64,000 nucleotides of DNA from Azolla caroliniana. Its lineage: Eukaryota > Plantae > Polypodiophyta. Location: positions 15,128,001 through 15,192,000 of the forward strand of contig JBHGNT010000008.1 in NCBI GenBank assembly GCA_043228905.1, in the 5' to 3' direction. The stretch's first letter is position 1, and every line of letters begins with the position of its first letter. The notes below the pieces were generated by a model that searched no databases, had not been told where the DNA came from, and worked only from the letters and a program-made list of their open reading frames with translations. Below are positions 50,511 to 63,908 of this stretch, piece by piece. Both the position numbers and the translations under genes were made by a program.

Positions 50511-53222
50511 ATGAGCGAAAACTCACCCTTTTCGGTTGAGGAGTATTGTTTGTCAACTGACTCAATGTTTTCGGTTGAAGAGTATTGTTTGTCAACAGAT
50601 ACATCATTTTCGGACGAAAAATATTATTTGAGATCATCTTCTCCTATACCTCATGTGAATAATGACTCATGTGAAGAGTTCTCTTTTGAAGAATATGAAG
50701 TCAATAAAGATACAAACAATGAAGATAATGTCAATCAAACATCGAAGATCATGGGGAATCAACCTAACAACAACGTAATTGACTCTAATGTGGTTACCCC
50801 TATTTCTCGTGAAGAAAAGAAATTGGGAAGCCTTATGCATATTAGAAGAATCTCACGTAGAATTCGTTTGGAAAGATTTAACTTGGTGACATCAGATAAG
50901 CAACTTGGATTAGATGTCAACAAAACATGTTATGCTTGTGGCTATATGTCAATGATTGGCTCACATATGCAATTGGTGTCTGACAACTCCTTGACGATCA
51001 AAGTATCATTTGAGTATTATATCTTCCATGTGCAACAAATATGTAGAGTGGCATTCAAGATTGTGCTATGTGTTAGTAGCATGTGGCTACATAGTGTACA
51101 CCAACGTCTTCTTAGTGGGGATCACATTGTCAATTGTAAAGATGTTCCAAGTATGAAAGGTGCAATTGGAAGACATGTTATTGGTTGGATGAAAATTTTA
51201 CTTCAAGTTAAATTGTGATGTAATGCCCACTACATGCAGGATGCACCTCTCTAATAATTACACATGTCGGGAAGTTTATGATGTCTATCGATCAGAAATG
51301 CTATTATCAATTGATAAATACATCACATACAATCAATTCACAAGATTGTGGAGAACATGGTTTTCAAATGTTATTATTCCGCGTAAACTACACATGGGGT
51401 ATTTCTTGATTTGTGCGAACCGTAAAAGTTTGGCTAAAGGTGCGAAGACAACAATGGAAAAGGATATCAATAAGAAGTTACTACAGGAGCATCGTGAAGC
51501 ACAATCGTTAGAACGAAAGAAGGTGGTGCATCATAGAGAGAAGTGTCTTAAGAGGCCCGAACAATCCATGTGCTTAATGATCGATGGCATGGACTAGAAG
51601 AAGATGTGCTTACCTCATATGCAGAGGTTCCCCAAAGACATCAATGTTGAGTGCCTTGTTGAAATGCACTTGGTGGGATCCTTGGTTTATGATAGGTCAG
51701 TTAGACCACACATCTTCATTACATACCCCAATGTTCACAATGACCCTAACCTAACAATTACAGTGATTCACCGAGTTTTGATGTCTTGGGGCCAACCATT
51801 ACCCCCGGTTCTCTACATTCAATTGGACAATACTACTCTGAGAGAAAAAAAATTCAACTGTGTTTGGCTATCTAAGTATGTTGGTCAACCAAGGATTGTT
51901 TAGAAAAGTGAAAGTCAATTTTCTTTTGGTTGGCCACACATGATCATATAGATCAGATGTTTAACACATTCTCCAGACAGTTGTCTCGGCATGATGCTTT
52001 CACATTATCGAAACTATTTGATGTCATTTGTGATACATACACACCACAACCAAAAGTGTTACACTTGAAGGAGGTATATGACTTTAAGAGATATATATCA
52101 GATGGGGGTGATGGGAATGTTAAAGTGCTCGCCCACTTAAACAATATAAGCTTCAATCACATTTTTTTGATAAAGAAAAATGATATAGGTGGTTCTACGG
52201 TTTTGTATGCCAAGCAATATTCATCTTCTACAAAATGGGAACCTGAAGGTGGTTACCAGTTCTTACTTTGTATGCCGAGTAAAATAGTCTATGGAGCTAA
52301 ACAAATGCCTATTGAGATGAAAGGACAGTTGCATAGTGACTTGGTAGAAGATAAAAAACACTTATGGCTCTAAGCCTTAACAGAAAAAAGGAAGCATATT
52401 GAGGCCGAAAAGAAATATGCCGCACAACAAGACACATCATGGTGGGATGTGTTTTATAGTGATTGGAAAGGAATTATTGACAATTGTGTATCTAGTGATA
52501 ATTGGACTTTGGAAATGCCATTCACATGGTCGCTACAACATGATCGTGTAAATAAGTTTCCAAAGCAAGCAACTAATGCGATTAATGAAAGTTTGGTCCA
52601 TCCACAACAAAGAGACATTTATGTGGGACCAAGGATGACCAAAGCAGTTGAAGCTAGAAGGCAAGGAAATTTGCAAGACCTCACGGTGGGGATGTTGATT
52701 TCAACACCTGCTGATGACAACGAACAAATCCTCCAACTTTGGATTGGTAAAATTCTAGAAGTGCTAATGCATGAAATAGAAAACATGATCAAGTCTATAA
52801 AAGTTCATTGGTACAACACTAGAAGTCAAAATGCTTTTACGGGTAAGTATACCTTGGAGAATATGGAATGCCCAACGAGAAGGGGAAAAAGGAAGAGGAA
52901 GCGAAACATTTGTAACACCTCGAACCTTGATATCTCTGATGTGGATGTCATTGTGTATGACTTCACACTTACAAAAGTTGGATGTTTAAAGAAGTCAACA
53001 ATACATATAATAAAAGAAAAATTACCAGGTCTACAAGGTGGCTCGAGTCAAAGGCAGACAAGATCTGTTGCACATAATCTAGAGTCACACCAGTTGGTTT
53101 ATGATGAAGATAATGCATTGATTGGTACATTTGAGGATGACGAGGAGGAATGCTTATTGTATATTAGTTATAGTAGTGATTCTCTAGAAAGGAGTGATCA
53201 TGAATGTATTTTTCGCTATTAA
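50511..53222 (+). pseudogene. Decayed DUF7869/Sola-like DNA transposase, copy 2
   Basis: Same motifs as copy 1, including FLLV.HTHDHIDQMF; N-terminal 14-aa repeats (SPFSVEEYCLSTD); several frameshifts and stops. Confidence 0.7.
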
Positions 53223-53778
53223 GTTTAACTATCTTCTGCTTGTAACAAATCGAGTAATATAAAAGCATGTGTTTTGAATTCTTTCGATTCTTATGAATAT
53301 CGCTTCTTATAAAACAACAGTGGTTGTAAAATTTGTGATATAAATTGAGAATGTAACCTTTTGAAATTTCACTTTTATTTATTTATTTTTAAATCACGAA
53401 AATGGTGGTTTTTAAACCTTTTTCATAGTATATATTTGAGAATGTATGATACTGGTATCAATGTGTTTTGTATTATCACTGAAAAAGTACTCAAATCAAA
53501 CAAAATATTCCTTATCCTTCCATTTATGTGTCATCCTTCCACTTGTGAATGCGAACGTGTTTACAAATTTCTATTTCTCCTTATCTATTAGTACATTAAG
53601 AGCTCTTCTTCTATTTCCTTAATCCTTCATTAGAGGTAAGAGAGTCTGGGATTAAGGGCTAAGTAAGCGGAACCCTAATCTCCTCCTCTTGTATGATGTT
53701 GGGTCACCTCTTTATATTAAGAAGTGGTGTTCATGATAATATGTCTTCTTTGTGTAAGAGAGAGTAAGGCAAGGGAGA

Positions 53779-55177
53779 TGTAAAGAATCGGGTATGATTC
53801 TCGTGTAGTGGAAGAGATGTGTGTTATGTGTATTTGTGAGAGGAGTTAGAGGAGAGATGAGAGAACACAAGATCGATAGAAAAAGTAATACTCAAGAAGA
53901 AGGTGTATATTTCACAAGTAGAATAAGAATTACAAAATGTAGCATAACAAGGAGTTACAACCAACTTAGTATGAAGTATGAGGAGGGTGCTTTATATAGA
54001 GTCACCCTCTCTCTTCATTAGGGCTTGTGGCTTCCGAGGCGTTGCTCCTTGTTCGAACATGATTTTCTTCGACCAATAACATGGATTGAAGATTGAAGAA
54101 AGAGGGAGGATTCTCATGTGCTAGTACGGCGGTCCCCATCACGTCGAACCATGGTGCAAGGCCACCGAGGCATATTTGCACCATTTCGTCGTCCTCCACA
54201 TTGACACTTATCGAGCCAAGCGAGTCACAAAGCTCCTTGATCTTCAAGGTGTTGCGCGTGATGGACATATCTCGTTGTTGGATGTTCTTCAACTCTTGGC
54301 GGAGTTGAAGTTTTCTCGCGGTTGTGTTGGCTGCGAAAATCTTTCCTAGATTCTCCCACCCTTCCTTTGACGTTTCCACTTCTCGAACGTAGCCGAGCAT
54401 GTGGTCGTAAACACACGTCGCCAAGCAATACATCACTCGGCTTGCCGCTTGCTTCCAAGTTGCATAGTCGGCGTATTACGGGTTACGGGTCAGGTTGGTT
54501 TTCTTGTGCTCCGTTGATGTAACGCCAATAGCCTTGGCCGACAAGGTATTGGTGCATCTTGTACTCCCAAGATGTGAAATTGTTTTGGTCCAACTTCTCC
54601 CTAGGGAGAGCGCTCCCAATTTGAGTATTCATTGTCGATTAAGCTTCCTTTCTTCTTTTCCTTCTCTCTCGAACACGAGCTATGTAGTGGTACTACAATA
54701 ACGATGAACCTGTTCTTCTTGAACGTCGGCGTAGAATCACAACACTCAATTACAATGAGGCAAGTGGGTTAGATCGAGCTACCAAATCGCTCTGATACCA
54801 TGTAAAGAATCGGGTATGATTCTTGTGTAGCGGAAGAGATGTGTGCTATGTGTATGTGTGAGAGGAATTAGAGGAGAAATGAGAGAACACCAGATAGATA
54901 GAAAATGGAATACTCAAGAAGGTGTATATTTCACAAGTAGAATAAGAATTACAAAATGTAGCATAACATGGAGTCACAACCAACTTAGTATGAAGTATGA
55001 GGAGGGTGCTTTATATAGAGTCACCCTCTCTCATCATTAACTAACTACAACAACCACTCTCTCTCTTGGGGAATGTGAAGTCTCATAGTCACGGGGAATA
55101 TGTAACTCATTAGTTATGTGTCATAGAATATGATTCTATGACACATAGTGTAGAGAGTAGTGGTGTGACTCTTGACA
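53779..55177 (-). mobile_element. Internally deleted Ty1/copia (5' LTR 54801-55177, Met-i PBS, gag remnant, partial 3' LTR 53779-~54015)
   Basis: TGTAAAGAATCGGGTATG occurs at 53779 and 54801; GCTCTGATACCA at 54789-54800; UBN2-type gag ORF at 54002-54436. No matching TSD found. Confidence 0.85.
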
Positions 55178-58100
55178 ATTGAGTAATCATAGATTCTCAA
55201 GAGGTGTGTTCACACGTTGCACTATGTTGAGCTTGATTCTCAATAGGAGAGAGGGAGAGAGATTAAGTATTAATAGGTGAGAGCTAAGTAAGCTAGTAGC
55301 TTGGAGGTATTTGACAACTACCTCCACCCGGCTCACCACCAAAAGGGTATACGCCGGTCTAGATCCTAGGACAACGACATCGATAGGAAACATAACTCCA
55401 TCGATTCATAGAAGTGCTTCCATGTGACAGACGAAATCAACACAACATCCCTTAGTTTTGGTTGTATCTGGAGAAGGCATCAATAAAATTGTAGGTGTCC
55501 TTTCTCGCTTGTTAGAGACATGAACTAATGTAAGCATAAAATAAGGATAAAAGATAGATCTAGATAGAAAGGAGAGAGAGAAAGAACGGTGCCGATCCAC
55601 CCGACCACCCCCGAGTGAAGGGATCGAGACGGACTCGAGCCTCGATTGGCGTCCCATACCACCATCGTGGTGTCAAGTCGTACCTGGTGTTGGCGCTCTC
55701 GCTACAAGAGTTGTTCCACCACGAAACAGAGTCTCAACGTAGTCAACAAGATGATAAAATGAGGGTAGCTAGGCCTTTTGTTTATAGTGATACCCAAGGT
55801 CCCCATGCAAGTTCACACTTGGCCTAATGGGTTGTCTCAATCCCGAGGATTAAAAGTAATCCTCCCCTTCTTTACACTCTCGTTTAAACCTCACACTTAT
55901 CCACGTGTATAGAATATTATGGTAAATTCTCACCACGGGATATTATATGGTCATGTCCGTAACATACTCCCCCCCTTTAAAACATTGCACTCTTGCAATG
56001 GAAAGTTAGGGAAGTTAGTTCTGAGACAATTTCCGCGTTCCCATGTGGCATCTTTTATTGATTTATCCATCCATTTTCGGATTTCTTTAGTACATAATTG
56101 TTTTGTTTTAACATCGAGAATTCTTTCTAGTACATGTGGTTTAGAAGATAATTCTTCGAAAGTAACTAGAGTTTCAGTTGTAATTGTATTGTCGCCAGAA
56201 CCTAGAAGTTCGTTTAGACGACTCACATGAAAAACTGGATGAATTTCAACACCATCGGGAAGAGTGAGACGATAGGCTGATGACCCAATGCGTTTGAGGA
56301 CTGTAAAAGGTTCAAAAAACCGTGGGGCTAACTTAGCGCACTTACCCTTAGACAATGTCTTAGGATTGTGAGGTACACGTAAAAATACCTTCTGTCCAGG
56401 GTTGAATACACAAGGTTGCCTATGATGATCGGCATAAAAAGGCGCTCTATCTTGAGCTGTTTTTATATTATTTCTTGGAATATGCAACATATCTTGCATA
56501 TCCCGAAGAAAGTTTTGCGTACTTCGCAACTCATCATGATGTATATTAACATCAATCGGGGCTTGTGGTTGAAAACCATATATCAACATAAAAGGACTAT
56601 ATCCCGTCGACGTATGCTTGGAGCTATTATAAGCAAACTCTAGAACCGAGAGATAACGTTCCCACTAGTAAATTTTGGATCTCGATCACTCACGATATCC
56701 ATCGGTAACCCATAAAAATGAAATAACTCGTCAATGAATTGGTAAGCAAATTCAGGAGCTATTACCGTGGTTTTAGTAGCAATAAATCTGGCCGTTTTAA
56801 TTAGTCTATCAACCACAACCCATATGGCATTATGGCCTTTTTGGGTGTGAGGAAGGCTAACAATAAAATCCATGGATATACTTTCCCAATTATTATTGGG
56901 AATGTCCAAGGGATGTAAAACTCTTATGGCTTTAAGTCGCTCGGCTTTGTTAACCTTACAATGGTGTATGTTAGGGCGCATCTTAGGCCAATAGAATTGA
57001 GTGGAGATGAGAACGAGTGTATGATGTATTCTAGGGTGCCCTGTTGAGGGTGCATCATGGCATTAAAAAAGAATTCTCTTTTTGACCTCAGGAAAATCTG
57101 GAACACAAACCTTCCCATTACGGTAGAGCAGACCGTTAGCAATGTGGAGTATTCCTTCGAGGATGTGGTGGTGTCTGTTCCAGACTCAACTCTTGCCCAA
57201 TATTTCGCAAAGTAATTGTCATCAACATACTTTCCTCGAAGCTGATCATAAAGATCTTATGTTATTTCAGTGAAGCTAAGCATGTTAACTTCACGGATGC
57301 GACTTAGTGCATCAACTACAGTGTTCATGGAACCTTTACGATGTCGTGCCTTTCGGCTCCGGATCGTTTGCGTGAGTCGGGTGGGAACCACCGGGGTTTT
57401 GGACTAGGAGAAAAGAAAAATACAAATAAGGCTAGTAAAGAATAGGTATAAAGAGTTATAAGATAAAAATCTCGTGAATCCCACGAGTTTAGTATATTTA
57501 GTCAATATTTAGGTAGTAAGAGAGAATTATTTTAGCAAATTCGTGAATCCCACGAATATTTTAGATTGATTGATCATTATAGAAAAATAATCAACAAAAA
57601 CTACAATGTGCTCCCCATCCTTATATAGTGATGGGAGAGACTAAGCATAGCTACATGCTTTTTCTAATACGTTCATGCACACTAAATGTGCATGTAATGC
57701 TTTTCTAATCCTTGCTTTTATTTGCTAAATATAGTGCTCATGCACGCTAGATGTGCATGAGTCACTTTTTAGTTGCTTGCGTTTTTCTATAAAATATTCA
57801 CGCACTCTAAAAATGCATGATTTACCTTTTAATAAAGGTAGGCGCAAATAAAGCACTTATAGTTATTAAATCTATTTATAGAACACTAAAGATAAGGTAG
57901 CATAATGGTAAAGTTGAGGTTTGGCTACGTGGAGGTGTAGGGTTCAAATCCTGCCTTATGCACGTGATAAATATCTTGATATATTATTTTATTTATTTAT
58001 ATGTAATTAAATCGGTTATATTATTTTTACTTTTTCACGTAGTGTACGAAATACACTACGACAACGATATCGTATGGAAAAATCAATGTCCGGGATGAGA

Positions 58101-58641
58101 TCAGCCCATCGTGCTTACAACCTTTCAGGTCTTGTTGGTCACAAAAATATTTCAAGGACTCGTGGTCTGTAGTTACCACAAAGCAATTTCCATAAAGATA
58201 ATGACGCCATGTTTTGAGCGCATGTATAACTGCAAATAACTCCTTTTCTTGAACGGTATACCGACATTGAGCAGAATCAAGTTTCGTATTCTCGAATGCT
58301 ATTTGTTTACCATCTTGATATAAGACAACACCTATAGCATAATCACTTGCATCGATTTCAACCTCAAAAGGTTTTGAAGGATCGGGTAAAAGAAGTGGAG
58401 CCTTGCACACTAGGTCCTTGAGGTCCTTAAAGGCGAGGTCTAGTGTATCATTCCAGACAATAGGTTTTGTAGACTTACGTGTTTGACCTTTTAGAAGATC
58501 AGTAAATGGCGTTGTCAATTGGGAGTAATTACAAAGGGATTTTCGCAAAAACTCAACAAAACCAAGGAATGATCGAACTTCTTGAATATTCCGAAGAGTG
58601 GGTCAAAGCTTGATTTTCTCAATGCGACAAGGATCAGTTTC
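55178..58641 (-). mobile_element. Decayed chromovirus-like gypsy relic (RNase H, integrase, chromo-like domain, PPT, 3' LTR beginning at 55964)
   Basis: DASDYAIG, WESISMDFI, SDRDPKF, IHPVFHVS, DATWE; PPT AAAGGGGGGAGTA before TGTTACGG; left LTR boundary uncertain. Confidence 0.88.
57342..58063. mobile_element. Solo LTR (722 bp), probably minus orientation
   Basis: TGTCGT...ACGACA ends; 4-bp TSD ACGA; removing it restores host pol DFSIRYRKGS; minus-strand TATATAAG near 57625. Confidence 0.9.
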
Positions 58642-58933
58642 TGTCATGATATGGCAAGACTCGAACCCATGACCTTATGCTAAATGGGTCGAGCTCTTGA
58701 CCATTAGATTATACATTGTAATACGTAGAATATTATTTTCATTTATGTTTTATTATAGAAAATTGATGTATATTCCAGATTTCTCTGGAACATTCTAGAA
58801 ACTTTAGGAGTATTCCTTAGAACACTATAAAAGGAGGCACAAGGCATTATTTCGAACCAAATCGGTTCAACGCCAGTCTTAAGCCTCCTAGCTACTGTAC
58901 ATTTCCTCACATAATATATATCTTTTCTTATCA

Positions 58934-58993
<60 letters not shown>

Positions 58994-59174
58994 CCCCTCT
59001 CACTCACTCTTTCCTTCTCTCGAGAGTCCTTCACCTCTCTTAGTACTAGTACTTCTTTTAGTACTAATTCCTTCTCTGTCTTAGTACTGTTCCTGACAGT
59101 TTGAACCGATTTTTCCTACCTTTTGTCTCTCTCTCATTTCCTACTAATCTCTTATTCCTCTTTTCTTTCATCCC

Positions 59175-60325
59175 ATGGCCACTGTTAGCGCTGAAGAATA
59201 TCAATCTGTTTTTTCGGAATTTCAATGCTTGAAAGAGAAGTTCCATGCTTTGGAACAAGAAAACCAACGGTTGCTGGGGGATCTTCAGCAAATCTCCTTA
59301 GAAAAGCAGCAAACGCAACAACAGCATGGGGAACTTGCATTACGCGTGCAACAACTCGAAGCCACCATCGTAGCGATGCAACAACAAGGGCCCGGAACCC
59401 AAGGGATTCATAAAGAACCCAGGATTGGCCTTCCCACAAAGTTCGATGGAACGCGATCACAGTTTAGAGGGTTCCTTAACCAGGTACGATTAGTTATTCA
59501 AATGCATCCTTCCCGATATCCCACCGATGCATCACGAGTGGGTTTAGTAGGCACTTTGTTAAGTGGCTCAGCGTTGGCATGGTTCGCTCCACTATTAGAA
59601 AAGGAATCTCCGTTACTCAACAATTTTGAAGAGTTTCTAGGTGAGTTTAAAGCATGTTTCGGAGATATTGACAGCATCAGACCGCAATCAACAAAATTCG
59701 GCGATTACGCCAAGGTGACCGCCTAGCCTCTACATACGCTGTAGATTTTCGTCTACTCGCCGCCGATATCCCTTGGGATGATCAAGTGTTGATGGAGCAA
59801 TTCCGTTATGGTTTATGCAACGATGTCAAGGATTTACTCTTGACCTTCCCCGAAGAGCCAAAGTCCTTAATAGAAGCAATCAGTCGCGCAGTGAGATGTG
59901 ACAACCGCCTCTTTGAGCGACGTTCGGAACGACAACTACAAATGCCGAGGGCAAGATCAGAGCCCACCTACGCCTCAGGGGTATCAAGACCTTTTCCGAG
60001 GGAGTCATATAATGCGCCTCTAGCAAATACTCCGACTCTGATGGAGATTGACACTACACGTCGTCGAGGGCCATTATCCGAAGAAGAAAAGCAGCGACGC
60101 CATACAAATCGGCTATGTCTTTACTGCGGTGGACCAGGACATATTGCAATAAATTGCCCCCATAGGCCAAGAAGACAGGTAAACCAAATAGTCGCTAGTT
60201 CTAATTGTACTAAACCCGAGCCTATTTCAGTAGGGATATCTGATAGTCCTAATAGTACTAATAGCCCAGATCTAGCGAACAAATTTGATGTCCTTAGTCA
60301 GTTAGAAGAAGAGTTAAACGACTAA
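59175..60325 (+). pseudogene. Chromovirus gag (one frameshift near 59680)
   Basis: ORFs 59175-59726 and 59786-60325 join into a typical gag if one base is restored. Confidence 0.9.
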
Positions 60326-63300
60326 GTCCAGCCAAAATAGGAGCCGTTTGGTTGGACAACCCTAGATCTGTGCAGCCCATTAGTGGTTCCATTCCCTCTA
60401 AGCAAGTTAGTGATGTGTTCGTAGCCCAAGTAATAGTTAGTACTAAAAGTACCTCTCCAGTACATGTCCTAGCACTCCTAGATTCCGGAGCTAACTCTTG
60501 CTTTATGGATAGGAAATTTGCTCAAGCTCATAAGATATCCCTAAGAAAACTCCAGTGTCCAGACTCTGTAGTAGTCATTGATGGACGTCCCATTGCTTCC
60601 GGAAATATTATAGAAGAGTCAGAGCCCATTAATATTGTCCTAGATGACTTAGCATGTGTAGTATCATTTAATATTATTAGTATCCCAGAACATCCCATAG
60701 TTTTAGGATTACCGTGGTTCGTGTTCCATAACCCAGACCTAGATTGGAGAACAAGAGAAATCTGGTGTCGACAAACCCAAGGGTCAACTCAGAAGATGGC
60801 AACCATTTCGCTATGTCAGTTGCGTAAAGAAGGGCTCAAGGAAGAAATGTTCCTCTTTGCAATATCAGTAAACCCCTCCAGCACCACTAAAGAAGAATCC
60901 ACCGTTCAACTTCCCGAGAAGTATCGTCGTTACGTCGATGTGTTCGATAAAGTACAAGCCAACAAACTTCCTCATCATCGACCATACGATTGCCCCATCG
61001 ATTTACAACCGGGAAAAGAGCCGTCATGGGGACCGATCTACAATTTGTCACCAACCGAGCTGGAAGTCCTTCGGACCTATATAGAGGAGAATTTGGAAAA
61101 TGGTTTCATTCGGCATTCGAAATCTCCAGCTGGCGCACCCATTTTCTTCGTCAAGAAAAAGGATGGATCACTTCGTCTCGTTCTAGATTACCGTGGCCTG
61201 AATAAGGTTACAATCAGGAATAGGTATGCTCTTCCCCTTATCTCAAGTCTTTTAGAACGGATCAATGGTGCCAGGTTCTTCACGAAGATCGACTTACGGG
61301 GAGCATATAACCTCGTATGGATCCGACCAGGAGACGAATGGAAGACCGTGTTTCGCACCAGATATGGGCACTTCGAGTATACGGTCATGCCATTCGGCCT
61401 CACTAATGCACCGACAGTCTTCCAGCACATGGCTAATGATATATTCCGAGATCTATTGGATGATTGTTTGATCCTCTATTTGGATGATCTACTGGTTTAT
61501 TCAAAGACCCAAGAAGAACATGATTCTCATGTACTATTAGTACTAAAACGACTTCGAGAACATGGTCTGTATGCAAAGCTGGAAAAATGTAGTTTCGGGT
61601 GCACCAAGTGGAATTTCTTGGGTACATCATTTCGTCAGAAGGCATCTCCATGGACCCAGCTAAGGTCAAAACGGTGGTAGAATGGCAGACTCCGCGTTCG
61701 GTGCGGGATGTGCAATGCTTCCTAGGCTTTGCCAATTTTTACCGGAAGTTCATACAAGATTACTCAAAGATCGTTCTACCTCTCACACAACTTACCAGGA
61801 AGGGACAACCATTCATCTGGTGTGAAGAAACGGACATGGCTTTCGAGAGTCTTAAAAAGGCATTTACATCGGCTCCAATTCTAGCTCATGTCGATCCGGA
61901 AAAACCATTCATTATCGAAGCTGACGCATCAGATTTTGCATTGGGGAGCATTCTGTCACAACAAGGGAATGATGAGAAGCTACATCCAGTGGCTTTTCAC
62001 TCACGCAAGTTTGACGCCGCCGAAATCAACTACGAAATTCATGATAAGGAGCTATTGGCAATAGTGGATTCTTTTATGCAATGGAGGCATTTTCTGGAGG
62101 GATCCTCTCATCTGGTCATTGTATTTAGTGACCACAAGAACCTTGCCTACTTTCAGGATGCTCGTGTGTTGAATCGACGTCAACCTCGGTGGGCCCACTT
62201 CCTCACGCGTTTCGACTTCAAAATTACATATTGTCCGGGGAAGCACCAAGGGAAGGCGGATGCATTATCACGACGTTCGTATCTAGCACCCCGTCCTGGC
62301 GAGCCAGCTTTCGATAACCAAAAACAAGTCATCTTGGGACCGGCACGACTACAAGCAACACAGATCTTTGACATGCCCATGGATTCCCGCGTTATCGATA
62401 CCATACGCAAAGACTTGAAGACAGATGAGTTTGCCCAAGCTATACTAGCACAAATTGATCCCTCTCGCGCGTCGTGTTCACAGTCGCAACCACCAGGTAC
62501 GGACTATCGGCAATTCAAATACCATGATGGATTACTCTTCTTTAAAGAACTTTTGTATGTTCCTAATGGTTCTTGCCGTCCTCAAGTAGTACAAAATTGT
62601 CATGACACATATACAGCTGGGCATTTTGTTAGTACTAAAACATTACATTTAGTACAACGATCATTCTGGTGGCCTTGTATGCGACAATTTGTCGAGGATT
62701 TTGTTCGGACTTGTGATACATGCTGCAGAGCGAAAATGCCAAGGCATCATCCATATGGTTTATTAGAACCATTACCAATTCCAAGCAAGTCGTGGCAATC
62801 CATTGCTCTAGACTTCATCACAGATCTTCCAGTCTCTAAGGGGTTCAATGCGATTCTAACGGTGGTCGATCGATATACGAAGATGGCTCATTTCTTGCCA
62901 TGTACTAAGGAGATCTCCAGTGAAGACACTGCCGAAATTGTCATGCGTGAAGTATGTCGGCATCATGGAATTCCCGATAGTATCATCAGCGACAGTGGAC
63001 CCCAGTTCGTGTCAAAATATTGGAAGCTCCTTTTTAAGATGCTCAAGGTCACTTGTAACCTCTCCTCCGGCTACCACCCCCAAACCGATGGCCAAGCCGA
63101 ACGAACCAATCAAACACTGGAGCAGTATCTGCGGTGCTTTCTCAGCTATCATCAGGATGACTGGGCAGATATTCTCCACTTCGCCGAATTTGCCTATAAC
63201 AACTCTATCCACGCATCCACTAAAGTTACGCCATTTTATGCTTATACGGGATGTCACCCTCGGTGGTGTGTACTTGAAACCCCAGAGGTGTCCACAAATC

Positions 63301-63908
63301 CTTGCGCAGAAGATCGTTTGGAGAGGTTACGCAAGATACAAGCGGATGTATCTACTCACCTTCAACAAGCTCAACAAACACACAAGGTTTATGCGGATCG
63401 TCATCGACTCCCATCTAGTTTTAACATTGGAGATCGGGTATGGCTACTCCGACGACACATCAAGACCACTCGCCCATGCGAGAAGTTGGATTATCGGCGA
63501 TTAGGTCCTTTCCGTATTTTAGGAAAGATTAATGATGTCGCTTTTCGTCTTGATCTACCTCCACAACTTCGGATACATCCGGTGTTTCATAGTTCTCCCC
63601 TCGAACCCTATCAAGAGAGCACCATCCCAGGACGTATTACACAGCCTCCACCCCCGATTGAGCTTGAAGATGGACATGAGTACGAGGTTGCCGCCATCCT
63701 TGATTCCAAGCTTGTTCGCAACAAGCTCTACTATCTAGTCGATTGGCTAGGATATAGTCCCAACGAGCGTACTTGGGAACCGATAGAGAATGTCACCAAT
63801 GCTCGTGCTCTTCTTGAAGACTTCCATCGTCAATATCCAGACAAACCGGGTCCTCAATCCAAAACGACTCGTTACACTCGTCGTTTTAGAGGGGTGATAG
63901 TGTCATGA
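60313..63908 (+). pseudogene. Chromovirus pol (PR-RT-RH-INT-chromodomain), entered by probable -1 frameshift; one lesion near 61600
   Basis: pol is in the -1 frame relative to gag and open from G TTA AAC (60313-60319); ORFs 60352-61680 and 61599-63908. Confidence 0.9.

Noticed and set aside
58649-58716. Functional tRNA genes in LTRs or in the satellite
   Set aside because: Anticodon and acceptor stems do not pair properly; only A/B boxes and T-arm remain, so treated as tRNA-derived modules.
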